Source: a virus
Lineage: Duplodnaviria; Caudoviricetes
Virus record (IMG/VR): IMGVR_UViG_3300014204_000113
Coordinates: 64,001-128,000 of that record
DNA length: 64,000 nucleotides
Reading direction: 5' to 3' (one strand)
Positions 52,344 through 62,574 of the stretch are shown here, one piece after another; position 1 is the stretch's first letter; each line of letters starts with the position of its first letter. A program made the position numbers and the translations under genes. The notes beneath the pieces were generated by a model that was given only the letters and a program-made list of their open reading frames with translations, was not told the DNA's origin and made no database searches.

Positions 52344-52413
52344 GGTCCGGTATGGTTTGGTGAGGTATGGTGAGGTGCGGTAAGGTGAGGTCAGGTTTGG
52401 TGGGGTAAGGTAT
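52344..52413 (+). ncRNA. GGT-NN pentamer array A5 (14 units)
   Basis: NN = CC AT TT GA AT GA GC AA GA CA TT GG AA AT; same leader and tail as A3. Confidence 0.85.
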
Positions 52414-52445
52414 GGGTTTCAACTATCTTCAAAGTTTTGCTTTTT

Positions 52446-52520
52446 GGTATGGTCAGGTATGGTTAGGTAAGGTATGGTACGGTTCGGCGGGGTTTGGTTC
52501 GGTAAGGTAAGGTATGGTAA
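52446..52520 (+). ncRNA. GGT-NN pentamer array A6 (15 units)
   Basis: NN = AT CA AT TA AA AT AC TC GG TT TC AA AA AT AA. Confidence 0.88.
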
Positions 52521-52522
52521 GG

Positions 52523-52549
52523 TAGATGGGAGAGTCTATCTCCCATCTA
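52523..52549 (+). terminator. 11-bp hairpin closing array A6
   Basis: TAGATGGGAGA-GTCTA-TCTCCCATCTA. Confidence 0.7.
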
Positions 52550-52568
52550 AATTTTAAACGGAGGAATA

Positions 52569-54179
52569 ATGCGCGTTCTTTTTGTGAATGAAAAATGGGT
52601 CCGCAACGATCCGACTTTACGAGAGGCAAGAGGCACAGTAGAAAGCTACCTAGAAAGCGGTTTTGGCACGGCATCAGAATTTCATTGCGATGAATATTTT
52701 TATAACTACAAGAGGGATTGGAATTTTCCTCTGATAGAAAAGATAATTGAAGAAAGACCAGATGCGATTTTTTTTATGTGGATTAACAGCCAGTACAATC
52801 CTTCATTAGATGTATTTTCTATTATTCATAAAATGGGAATACCCATAGTTTGTTGGTGGGGAGATTTTTCGTTTGAAGGTTCTGTAAGAAACGCTCAAAA
52901 TTTATCTCCATTTATATCCACACATTTGATTGCAGACACTCCAATTGCTTTAACAAATGATGTCCATATAGAAAAATACAAACATATTTGGCCTACACCA
53001 ATTAACCAATTCTTTTTTAAAGGAGAAGAAAAAGACAGAATTATTCCAGTGTCTTTTCCAGGTGGAACTATTGAAGGTGGAAATAAAGGACCAAGAGAAA
53101 AGTACATAAAATATTTAATTGAAAATGGAGTAGGTGTTTTTGTGGGAGGAACAAGAAAAGAAGAAACAACTATGCAATATGCTGATACGCTTAGAAAATC
53201 TCAAATAGTCATAAACTTTTCACCTCTAGGTCAATATGGTTGCCCGTTGAAAGGAAGGTCTTTTGAAGCGATATGGTGTGGCTCTTTATTGATGGAGCCG
53301 TCTGGTTCCTTTCTTGAATACCATTTTACACCATATTCTGATTATATTCCTTATGATAATGAAAATGATTTATTAAATAAGATCAGATATTTTAGCGCAA
53401 ATAAGGAAGAAAGAGAATCAATCGCAAATCGTGGACATGAAAGAGCAATTCAAAAATACAACCCATTTTCTTTTTGGAATAAAATATTTAATGATTATTT
53501 AATTCCATATGATTTACATCTTGATATGCAGAATATACGCGGATTATTGGATTTCTTCATCTCTAAAAAGAAAGAAGTCTTTTGTAATGATTTTGTTTTC
53601 ATTAAAGAAATTTCATATTTAATTGAAAACTTGAATATCAAAGAATTTTGGGAAACTGGAAGTTATTTGGGTCATTCAACTGATTTCATCAAAAGTTTAT
53701 TCCCAAAATTGGACGTGTTCAGTTGCGACATTCACGAAGGCTATCTTGAAACAGCAAAAAATAATTGTCCTTTGGTAGATTACAAACTAATTGATTCTGT
53801 TAATTTTCTAAAAGAAAGAATTGACAATTATTCTGTCCCAACTTTTGTTTTTCTCGATGCACATGGTCATGGTGGTGGTTTGCCATTAGAAAAAGAATTG
53901 CAACTGATAGGGAATTCTGAAAAGAAATATGTACTATGTATTCATGATTGCAGACTTCCGAAAAGACCTATTTTTGGATGGGATAATTATAATGGAGTTG
54001 ATATTTCTGTTGAACTAATAGAAAAGGTTTTGAAGAAAACTGATTGTATTTTTGATATCTTTATACCATCAAATATTTATAATCATGACCCGCTAAGAGG
54101 AAGATGTTATGTTTTCGTAAATTGGTTTGAAAATTATACTATTGATTCTAAACTATTTACAAAATTGGAGGATATTTAA
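52569..54179 (+). CDS. GT-B (CgeB/Glyco_trans_1_2-like) glycosyltransferase fused to a SAM-methyltransferase-like domain
   Basis: KGRSFEAIWCG, HF.P..DY; C-terminal ETGSYLG, FLDAH, IHD. Confidence 0.75.
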   Translation: MRVLFVNEKWVRNDPTLREARGTVESYLESGFGTASEFHCDEYFYNYKRDWNFPLIEKIIEERPDAIFFMWINSQYNPSLDVFSIIHKMGIPIVCWWGDFSFEGSVRNAQNLSPFISTHLIADTPIALTNDVHIEKYKHIWPTPINQFFFKGEEKDRIIPVSFPGGTIEGGNKGPREKYIKYLIENGVGVFVGGTRKEETTMQYADTLRKSQIVINFSPLGQYGCPLKGRSFEAIWCGSLLMEPSGSFLEYHFTPYSDYIPYDNENDLLNKIRYFSANKEERESIANRGHERAIQKYNPFSFWNKIFNDYLIPYDLHLDMQNIRGLLDFFISKKKEVFCNDFVFIKEISYLIENLNIKEFWETGSYLGHSTDFIKSLFPKLDVFSCDIHEGYLETAKNNCPLVDYKLIDSVNFLKERIDNYSVPTFVFLDAHGHGGGLPLEKELQLIGNSEKKYVLCIHDCRLPKRPIFGWDNYNGVDISVELIEKVLKKTDCIFDIFIPSNIYNHDPLRGRCYVFVNWFENYTIDSKLFTKLEDI

Positions 54180-55156
54180 TGATTGGCGTTTTTATACCCA
54201 CTTGCAATAGGCCAGAGTTTTTGCAAAGAGCATTATTGTATTATAATAGCAAATCTGAATTCTTACAAAATGTAGTTTTTCATCTATATGATGGTTCTAG
54301 TAAAGAATCTTATAACTTAAATAAAAAAGAAGTTAGAAAATACAAAAATTTAAACATAAACCATGTATGGTATGAAAATCAGAAAAATGAATTTCACAGA
54401 CTTATAGAATCGACTAAAAACATTCAAGAAGAGTATATTTTACAAGTAGGTGATGATGATTTTATAATTGTTGAAAGTCTTAAACCAGCACAGATATTTT
54501 TAGACTCAAATAAAGATTATGTTGCTTGTAGTGGTTTAAGAATGTCTTTTGTATTGGAAAATCCTGATGAAAAACAAACCAAAGGAACTAACCTTCACAT
54601 AACAAGGTCTGTACCAGGACCATATTGGCCTGTTAATGACCCTATAGGATGTTTTAGGTCGTATATGAGAAGTGGAATTCCAATGCAACACTTTCTTGTC
54701 AGAAATGAAGTATATAAGAAAATGTATGCGCATTTGGAAAGAGAAGAATTTAAAACGCCATTACTATCCCAAGATTTGCTTCCTTGCGCGATTCTGTCTT
54801 TAAGCGGCAATATCAAAAGATTGGATTTTGTTTTTTCATTTGCGCGCCAAGAAAGCAACTTGTCTACATATAAATATTTAGACGAGATAATGACTGATGA
54901 TAGTTTTTCTAATAACTTTGTGTTGACTAAAGAATTATTAGTAGATAAGATTAAAGATTTTGTAGGATTGGATGAAGCAAAAAAGATAGTTGATGGCGAA
55001 TTTGTAATAAGATTTATTCAATTGCTAGAATGGACTAGAGATGTAAAATATAAACCGCAAGGAAGGTATCCATTAGAAGGGCATGATTTTATTCCTTCTA
55101 CCCAAGTTTATTATCACAATATAATTAAAGAATTATTTCAATTGTGTAAGAGGTAA
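54179..55156 (+). CDS. GT-A glycosyltransferase (TIGR00180-like), paralog 2
   Basis: IPTCNR, DGS, GDDDF. Confidence 0.8.
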   Translation: MIGVFIPTCNRPEFLQRALLYYNSKSEFLQNVVFHLYDGSSKESYNLNKKEVRKYKNLNINHVWYENQKNEFHRLIESTKNIQEEYILQVGDDDFIIVESLKPAQIFLDSNKDYVACSGLRMSFVLENPDEKQTKGTNLHITRSVPGPYWPVNDPIGCFRSYMRSGIPMQHFLVRNEVYKKMYAHLEREEFKTPLLSQDLLPCAILSLSGNIKRLDFVFSFARQESNLSTYKYLDEIMTDDSFSNNFVLTKELLVDKIKDFVGLDEAKKIVDGEFVIRFIQLLEWTRDVKYKPQGRYPLEGHDFIPSTQVYYHNIIKELFQLCKR

Positions 55157-55162
55157 TTTATT

Positions 55163-56518
55163 TTGTTAAATGTATTATTGATAAATCCACAAACACCCAA
55201 TTATATATCTAACAAAGAATACATAATGCCTCCTTCTTTGTTGCATTTGTCTCATCATTTGCAATCCACCATGACTGCGAATGTGGATATATTGGATTAC
55301 AATACTTGGAGAGCAGCGCCTTTACATTCCATAGATAATTTTGATGAATATGATTATGTTGGAATAACTAATCTATTTTCTGGACATTTCCAATCAACAA
55401 TGGAAATTGCCAAAACAATCAAAGAAAAAAGTCCCAAAACAAAGATTGTTGTTGGCGGAATACATCCAACTATTTTTCATAAAGACATTATAGATAATTG
55501 CGAATATATAGATTATGTTATTATAGGCGAAGGCGAATATTCATTCAGAAAATTATTGACTAACGAATCTACTGATGGTATTTGTTATAGAGTTGGCAAG
55601 AAAACTTTTGTAGAACCAAAAACTTGTTTCATAGAAGATATTAATACTGTAGCTCCTCCAATATTGGGTTATCAAAGTATTGATTTTAACGACTATGCTT
55701 ATAGTAGAAATTTTTGGTATAATCCAAAAGGCTTTGATTTAACACATTCTGTCGAAGTACCGATTTTAACTAGCAGAAGTTGTCCAAACAGGTGTAATTT
55801 TTGTTCTATGTTTTTGGTGATGGGACCAAAAATAAGATTGAGAAATCCATATATAGTAGTTAATGAAATAGAATGGCTGTATAGAGAACATGGTGTTGTG
55901 ATGTTCACCATGATGGATGACAATATCACTTTGGTTAAATCACATATTACGACTATCTGTAAAGAAATAATAAAGCGAAAATTAGATATATCTTGGCAAA
56001 CACCAAATGGGTTGATGATAAGAACATTAACACCAGATGTGATAGACCTTATGGTGAGTAGTGGATGGTATCGTTCAATGATTGCTATTGAGTCTGGTAA
56101 TAGTTATATCAGAAACGAAGTGATGGGCAAGAGGGTTTCTGATAAAGACATTTATAAAGTGGTGGAATATATAAAGAAAAAACATAATCATGTTTTTCTT
56201 CGTGGCCTTTATATCATGGGGATGGCTGAAGACGATGGGACAACACTGCAAGACTCATTGGACATGATAAAAAACTTACAAACTAATACTGATTCAGTTG
56301 CTAATATCATGCCATTTCCAAAAACGAAAGTATTTGAACAAGCGGTGAGAGACAATTTATTTTTTGAAGATGTAGATATTAAAAATTTGTGGCGAGAAGA
56401 AAGGCTTGATTACAATGACAATAAAAAGTTTATAATAAAACCCTATAAAATGACTTTAGAAGAATTAAAAGATTGGAGGGTTAAATTTGATACAGCAATT
56501 AAAAATAAAAGCAAATGA
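55163..56518 (+). CDS. B12-binding radical SAM enzyme (class B methyltransferase-like)
   Basis: VGGIHPT, GEGE, TSRSCPNRCNFC, IESG. Confidence 0.88.
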   Translation: MLNVLLINPQTPNYISNKEYIMPPSLLHLSHHLQSTMTANVDILDYNTWRAAPLHSIDNFDEYDYVGITNLFSGHFQSTMEIAKTIKEKSPKTKIVVGGIHPTIFHKDIIDNCEYIDYVIIGEGEYSFRKLLTNESTDGICYRVGKKTFVEPKTCFIEDINTVAPPILGYQSIDFNDYAYSRNFWYNPKGFDLTHSVEVPILTSRSCPNRCNFCSMFLVMGPKIRLRNPYIVVNEIEWLYREHGVVMFTMMDDNITLVKSHITTICKEIIKRKLDISWQTPNGLMIRTLTPDVIDLMVSSGWYRSMIAIESGNSYIRNEVMGKRVSDKDIYKVVEYIKKKHNHVFLRGLYIMGMAEDDGTTLQDSLDMIKNLQTNTDSVANIMPFPKTKVFEQAVRDNLFFEDVDIKNLWREERLDYNDNKKFIIKPYKMTLEELKDWRVKFDTAIKNKSK

Positions 56519-57215
56519 AGTTCGAAAACAAGTTCTTGAAAATTGCTATCTATACAAAAACAGCCATTTGTCATCCTGTCTCTCTGTGGTGGACATTATT
56601 TCAACATTATATTTTGGTGACTTTATTGGTGAAGGACTTGGGAAGTTAATTCTCTCTAAAGGCCATGCCAATGAAACTTTATCTACTGTTTTAGAAATGA
56701 TGGGGATGCAAGGAGTAAGACATAGCGATCATCCAGAATTTGGAAATATTGGGATCGAAACAACAACAGGCTCATTGGGTCAAGGACTTGGAATTGCTTG
56801 CGGGATAGCCTTAGCTAATAAAATTAATAATTCCAATGAAAGAGTTTATGTTCTTTGTGGAGACGGGGAAATGATGGAAGGTCTCAGCCAAGAAGCCATC
56901 CACTCTATTTATGATTTAGATTTACCTATTAAAGTATTGATAGACAAAAATTGGTATGCTTCTGAAAGACAACCAAGTTCTTTGTTATTTGGAACGGTAT
57001 TAAAAACAATGATAGATGGGCATGATATAGAAGAAATATATGATGCCTTACAAACAGATGAAAAAGTCATTATATGCGACACTACAAAAGCGTTTGGACT
57101 TCATCGGATACACGATATAAATATAATAAATTGGGATATGATCCACTATTTAACCCCTAGCGAGAAAAATATAAATGAATTTAGGAAACAATTAAATGAC
57201 TACTCAAAGAGATAG
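56487..57215 (+). CDS. transketolase N-terminal (TPP-binding) subunit
   Basis: LSKGH, TGSLGQG, GDGE. Confidence 0.88.
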   Translation: MIQQLKIKANEVRKQVLENCYLYKNSHLSSCLSVVDIISTLYFGDFIGEGLGKLILSKGHANETLSTVLEMMGMQGVRHSDHPEFGNIGIETTTGSLGQGLGIACGIALANKINNSNERVYVLCGDGEMMEGLSQEAIHSIYDLDLPIKVLIDKNWYASERQPSSLLFGTVLKTMIDGHDIEEIYDALQTDEKVIICDTTKAFGLHRIHDINIINWDMIHYLTPSEKNINEFRKQLNDYSKR

Positions 57216-58032
57216 ATTTTTCCAAACGATAGGTAACGCGTATAATTCCGGCAGGAATGATTTAGTAATTCTAACTGCTGATATGGGAGCAAAAGCCCTA
57301 AACAAATTTAAAAAAGACCCAAACTTTCTTATCAATACAGGGCCTTGTGAGCAGTTAGTAATCTCTATGGGGGCTGGATTAGCATTACAGAAAAAACATC
57401 CTTATTGTTATGGCATCACACCATTTATTTCTTTAAGAGCATTAGAACAAATAAGAATAATGTGTTCTATGAATTTACCTGTAACTATAGTAGGAGTAGG
57501 AGCAGGCTTATCATATGACACGGCAGGGTTGACTCATCATGCGACAGAAGATTTGAACATAATTCGTTGCATCCCAAATATAACTATTTGTAATGTTTCT
57601 TCTTTAGAGATGGCGGAATATTATGCAAAAGTTTCTTTGGATTTTGACAAACCTCTGTATATCAGGCTCGATAAATATTCCACACACCTTGATAATGTAA
57701 CTGATTATGGTTGGAAGATAATCAAATATCCTAAGAAGAATTATCCATTTGTTGTTGCCACAGGTACTATTGTTGATTATTTATGGAGAAACTTGTCATA
57801 TGATTATGGTTTCATGGAGATATTTCAATTTCCTATTGATGAAAGAGTGGTCTCTTGTATCTTAAAGAATTTTGATGTTATTTCCGTTGAAGAAGGGTAC
57901 AAAGTAGGAGGATTGGGTGATTCGTTATCTTTTCTTCCTGATGTAAAGAAAATTGGTTTCAATAACTTCTGTGAAGCTAAACCAAGAGAAGAGTATTGGA
58001 AAATTTTACTAAGAGAGGTATTAAATGCTTAA
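57196..58032 (+). CDS. transketolase C-terminal subunit
   Basis: TADMG, G.CEQ, RALEQIR, THHATED, YIRL. Confidence 0.88.
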   Translation: MTTQRDRFFQTIGNAYNSGRNDLVILTADMGAKALNKFKKDPNFLINTGPCEQLVISMGAGLALQKKHPYCYGITPFISLRALEQIRIMCSMNLPVTIVGVGAGLSYDTAGLTHHATEDLNIIRCIPNITICNVSSLEMAEYYAKVSLDFDKPLYIRLDKYSTHLDNVTDYGWKIIKYPKKNYPFVVATGTIVDYLWRNLSYDYGFMEIFQFPIDERVVSCILKNFDVISVEEGYKVGGLGDSLSFLPDVKKIGFNNFCEAKPREEYWKILLREVLNA

Positions 58033-59674
58033 AGACTCATTGACTCTTTACATTCCTACAATGAATCGCTCACAATTTCTCAATCGTTCCTTAAAATATT
58101 ATAATAACGTGAAATTTGATGGTACGATTCTCATTGGTGACAGCAGCAACAAAGAAGAAAAAAAGTTAAACGAAGAAGTAATAAATAAATATCCAGATTT
58201 AGATATTAATTACCATCATTTAAAACTCCCATCTGACCATCACGACGCATTAAAGACAAACCGACTTTTGGATAAAATTAAAACGCCATATATAACTTTT
58301 GCTGGCGATGATGATTTTCAAATACCTAACGGTCTTAAAATGTGTACTGAATTTCTTAATTATTCACCAGATTATGTTGCAGCACATGGTCATAGATTAA
58401 ATTTTACGATAGATAATACAGTAAATGGAAATGTTATAGCCTTGGATTCACACCCAGGATATGATTGGACTAATGAAGATGACCCAATTAAAAGATGGCA
58501 AGAATATCTGAGATGTGGAGTAGCTACTACATATTATGTACATAGGACAGAAAATTGGAAAAAGTATTATTCCTATTCACATCTAGCTAAAAGCAATTAC
58601 ATTGGTAATGAATTGATTCCATGTTCTTTATGTGTCTTGTCTGGTAAAATTAAAAGAATTGAATGTTTATCCACGGCATTTCAAAGAGATAATCCTATTA
58701 GAGAATTTTCATTTGTTAAGACTACTTTATGGGATTTGATTAATGGCGAATATTGGAGAGATTCTGTAAGGTTTTTTGAAGAAGCAGTTACGTCTATATT
58801 GTCTGATAAATTTGAAGTTAAACAAATTAAAGAATTGTTTTATCAAGAATTTTGGTATCACTGTCTGTTGATTATGAATGGGCAATTCAATGGCAGATAT
58901 GGTGAAAAAAAAGATGAACCAACTACACGAATTTTAGACTTATCTACCATGAGTGAAGATGACGATTTCTATCCGATCCATCAAGTTTTGATAGAAAATT
59001 CTAATGCTGAAATTCTTAGTAATTATTTGAAGAAGATACAAAAATTGGATATAAGAGAAGGTTCAACAAATGACGATTTTATGACATTAATAAACTTAGC
59101 AAAATCTGTGGAAAAGAATGGGATACAAGCAGTGGAAATTGGTTCTTGGAAAGGTGGGACTGCTGGCGCAATAGGACAAGTGGTTAAGGAAAATAAAGGT
59201 AAGTTGTATTGTTGCGACCCTTGGGCGAACGAAACTTGCGATGCAGACCATTCAGATATATTGGAAATATTTAAAAAGAATATCTCTGAATTAGAGTTAG
59301 AAGACAATGTTGTTATTATAAGAGAGCCATCACGAGAAGCGTTTAAACATTTTGAAGATGAATCTCTTGATATTGTGTTTCTGGATGGGCTTCATATGTA
59401 TCCATATATTTATCCTGATGTTGAAAACTTCTATCCTAAAGTCAAGAAAGGCGGAATAATTGCTGGACATGATTTAAATGTACGATATGAAACTCTTAAT
59501 AGTGAACAATGGAAAGAAATAGATGAAAATATAAATGTTAATTGTGTCACTGTTAAATCATTAGGTAGACAAGTCCATTGCGGAGTAGCAAGGGCTGTTT
59601 ATGACTACTTTGGCAGTGATTATAATTCTTCTGACAACCCAATGAACGCGGTTTGGTGGGTGGTAAAAGAATAA
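58025..59674 (+). CDS. GT-A glycosyltransferase (paralog 3) fused to a Methyltransf_24 domain
   Basis: IPTMNR, GDDDF; VEIGSWKG, FLDGLH, GGIIAGHD. Confidence 0.82.
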   Translation: MLKDSLTLYIPTMNRSQFLNRSLKYYNNVKFDGTILIGDSSNKEEKKLNEEVINKYPDLDINYHHLKLPSDHHDALKTNRLLDKIKTPYITFAGDDDFQIPNGLKMCTEFLNYSPDYVAAHGHRLNFTIDNTVNGNVIALDSHPGYDWTNEDDPIKRWQEYLRCGVATTYYVHRTENWKKYYSYSHLAKSNYIGNELIPCSLCVLSGKIKRIECLSTAFQRDNPIREFSFVKTTLWDLINGEYWRDSVRFFEEAVTSILSDKFEVKQIKELFYQEFWYHCLLIMNGQFNGRYGEKKDEPTTRILDLSTMSEDDDFYPIHQVLIENSNAEILSNYLKKIQKLDIREGSTNDDFMTLINLAKSVEKNGIQAVEIGSWKGGTAGAIGQVVKENKGKLYCCDPWANETCDADHSDILEIFKKNISELELEDNVVIIREPSREAFKHFEDESLDIVFLDGLHMYPYIYPDVENFYPKVKKGGIIAGHDLNVRYETLNSEQWKEIDENINVNCVTVKSLGRQVHCGVARAVYDYFGSDYNSSDNPMNAVWWVVKE

Positions 59675-59886
59675 ATGAACACTTATATATTTTTTAGAGA
59701 ATTAAATAAATATATATTTAATGAAAAGTGCGATGAAAAAAGATCATGTAAAGATTGTGATTATCAACAATGTTGTTTCTATACTAAATGTTTGAGAAGA
59801 TATAGCAACAAACATATTTTAGAAACATTTAAAATTGTATATGATTTATAAAAAATTATTTCTAATCTACTAAGAAGGAATTATTA

Positions 59887-61272
59887 ATGATTGATTTTTT
59901 GTTTATCAAACCTGGAAATCAAAAAGTCTTATATGCAGAAACTTCTGCTTTTAATTTAACGGCAATTGAGCCTCCATTTTGGCCACTACTTCTTGCATCG
60001 TTTCTCACAAGACAAAACATTCCTTCTAGAATTATAGACTTGGAAGTCCAAAGCATTGATTCTTTGAATCACATGTTAATAGACAACAAACCAAAATTTA
60101 CAGTAATTTGTGTCAGCGGGCATAATCCAAACGCGAGTATCATGAGCATGGCTGGTTTAGATGATTTATGCAAAAATATAAAAGATGTTTGTGCAACTAC
60201 TAAAATCATTCTTCATGGTTTATATCCCTCTTCTTGTCCAACAAAAGTTTTAGAAAAACATAAATTGGTAGATGAAATTCTAATGAAGGAGGGTTTTTTA
60301 AGTCTAGGTCATTTGATGGGCTACAAAAGAACAGAACCTATATCAATAAATGATATAGGAAAAATTAATTGGTCTTTAATAGACATAGCTAAATACCGCG
60401 CTCATAATTGGCATCTGTTTGGAAACATTCACAATAGGTCTCCATATGGAATTGCTTTCACTTCTTTTGGTTGTCCTCACAATTGCGATTTTTGTTGTGT
60501 AAATTTAATGTATAGTAAAGTACAATTAAGAGATATAGATTTGGTATTCCAAGACATTAAAAATCTATATGATAGAGGCGTAAAAAATTTTAAATTTATG
60601 GACGAGTTGTTTTTAATGCACAAGGGTAGGGTACAACAATTATGCTCAATGTTAATTGCTAATAAAATGCAAGACATCAATGGTTGGGCTTACGCTAGAA
60701 CAGATTCTATAGATGAAGATATAATTACACTAATGAAAAATGCTGGAGTGAAATGGCTAGGGCTGGGTTATGAGAGTGGTTCGCAATTAATATTAGATTC
60801 TTCTGATAAAAAACAAAGTTTAAAAAAAGCATATCAAGCTACAGAAATATGCAAAAAGGTTGGGATGAATATTTGTGGTAATTTCGTATTTGGGTTGGCA
60901 GATGATAATTATGAAACCATGGAAGCCACTTCTAAATTAGCTATTGACTTACAACCAGAATGGGCTAATTATAATGTGGTTTTTGCTTTTCCTAGGACGA
61001 AGTTATATGATAAGGTGAAAAATGAGCCTTGGTTTAATGAACCAACTGAGTATGAGCAGTATTCTCAACATGGCTATTCCTGCACACCAATGGGAACAAA
61101 ATATCTTAGCCCAAAAGAAGTCTTGGAATTTAAGGATGAAGCATTCAGAGAATTTTACCAGAACGAGAATTATCTGAGGATGTTAGAGGTAAAATTTGGG
61201 GTTGAAACCAGAGAATATGTAGCAAATTCACTAATTTACTATCCAAAAAGAAAACTTTATGATTTGACCTAA
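59887..61272 (+). CDS. B12-binding radical SAM enzyme
   Basis: TSFGCPHNCDFC, GYESG, N-terminal Rossmann-like domain. Confidence 0.85.
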   Translation: MIDFLFIKPGNQKVLYAETSAFNLTAIEPPFWPLLLASFLTRQNIPSRIIDLEVQSIDSLNHMLIDNKPKFTVICVSGHNPNASIMSMAGLDDLCKNIKDVCATTKIILHGLYPSSCPTKVLEKHKLVDEILMKEGFLSLGHLMGYKRTEPISINDIGKINWSLIDIAKYRAHNWHLFGNIHNRSPYGIAFTSFGCPHNCDFCCVNLMYSKVQLRDIDLVFQDIKNLYDRGVKNFKFMDELFLMHKGRVQQLCSMLIANKMQDINGWAYARTDSIDEDIITLMKNAGVKWLGLGYESGSQLILDSSDKKQSLKKAYQATEICKKVGMNICGNFVFGLADDNYETMEATSKLAIDLQPEWANYNVVFAFPRTKLYDKVKNEPWFNEPTEYEQYSQHGYSCTPMGTKYLSPKEVLEFKDEAFREFYQNENYLRMLEVKFGVETREYVANSLIYYPKRKLYDLT

Positions 61273-61278
61273 AAGGAC

Positions 61279-61307
61279 TTGCTGGCCAAGAAATTTTGAA
61301 GTATAAT
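61279..61307 (+). promoter_or_regulatory. sigma70-type promoter
   Basis: TTGCTG-17-TATAAT. Confidence 0.5.
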
Positions 61308-61708
61308 CTTAATAAGGAGAAGAAATTTGACAGAAAAATTAATTTCAATGAAGGGTGGTAACAAACCTTCAATAACAAGAGAAACAATAAGATTAATGAA
61401 AGAGGAATTACCATACATCCTTGAATATTTTCCTATTTATGCTGAAATGACAAAAGCTAAATTTGAGGCTTTAAAAGAGAAAGGGTTTACTGAAATTCAG
61501 GCATTAGAATTGTGCAAGGGTTTTATGTTATAAGGAGAAATTATGGGTGATTATGCTTTGCCTTCTATTTATGAAAGATGCGGCTGGAAAAAAGACGAGG
61601 TTTATCTTCATTCCTTGCTTGAAAGATGTGCAGAAGGACTTGCAGCAGCAACTCAATATGGCGCAGGTAATTGGTCTGAACTAATTAAAGAAATTTATAG
61701 GGTGATAA

Positions 61709-62410
61709 ATGTCCAAGAAGACTAAATCCAAGAAACCTAAAGGTATCTCTCCAGAAGAATTCTTAAAAAACCTTAACACTCTAGATTTGTTGGATGGGAA
61801 TTTTTCTGATAATGATGCCTTAGCTCTTATGAAATTAGCTAAAGAATCAATCAAAGATAAAAGTGGACCTTTTAATTTTTTAGAAATTGGAACATGGAAG
61901 GGGAAATCACTTATTTGTCTCTCTGTTATAATAAGTAAATTCCCAGAAAGTAAAATTTTTGCTATAGACCATTTTAAAGGTACATTTGGAACAAACGAAG
62001 AACAACTTGCTAAAACTAATGACATATTGACAACTTGTAAAAATAATTTAAAAATAGTAAATGCTAGTGATATTGTTTGTCTATTAAATATGAATTACTT
62101 TGATGCAATCAAAATATTAAAGCAAAAATTTTTTGACTTTATATATATTGATATGGACAATAGTTATCAAGTAATGAAAAGTGTTTTGTGTGATTCTAGA
62201 AATTTAATTAAAAGTGGAGGAATGATATGTGGAAGAAATTTAATTGCAGATTATCTAGATGTAAAAGAAATTATAGACTCTAATCTTAATAAAGAATATT
62301 TAGAAGAATCAAAAATGCATCCTGGAATTATACGATCTGTCTATGATGTTTTTGCAAATAAATATCAAAAAATGGATAATAGTTCTTTTTGGTATTGGAT
62401 TAATAATTAA
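61709..62410 (+). CDS. class I SAM methyltransferase (Methyltransf_24)
   Basis: LEIGTWKGKS, AIDHF, FIYID, GGMICG. Confidence 0.82.
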   Translation: MSKKTKSKKPKGISPEEFLKNLNTLDLLDGNFSDNDALALMKLAKESIKDKSGPFNFLEIGTWKGKSLICLSVIISKFPESKIFAIDHFKGTFGTNEEQLAKTNDILTTCKNNLKIVNASDIVCLLNMNYFDAIKILKQKFFDFIYIDMDNSYQVMKSVLCDSRNLIKSGGMICGRNLIADYLDVKEIIDSNLNKEYLEESKMHPGIIRSVYDVFANKYQKMDNSSFWYWINN

Positions 62411-62438
62411 TAATATTTGGTAATATCCAACTGGATAT

Positions 62439-62528
62439 TGTGTTGTAATGTTCTGTGTTGTGTGGCGCTGTAGTGTAATGTTAAGTCCTGTAGTGTGGCG
62501 TAGTGTGTTGTTATGTGTTCTATTCTAA
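62439..62528 (+). ncRNA. TGT-NN pentamer array C1 (18 units)
   Basis: NN = GT AA TC GT GT GC AG AA TA CC AG GG AG GT TA GT AT AA; flanked by hairpins AATATCCA/TGGATATT and GGATTC/GAATCC. Confidence 0.82.
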
Positions 62529-62574
62529 GGGGATTCTGTATTGAATCCAAAATAAATTTAAGGAGAATTAAATA

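Noticed and set aside
4927-62528. Arrays as CRISPR arrays, microsatellites, telomere-like repeats or G-quadruplexes
   Set aside because: No 23-50-nt repeat/spacer structure; NN positions are information-rich and map to neighbouring genes; the TGT array lacks G-runs
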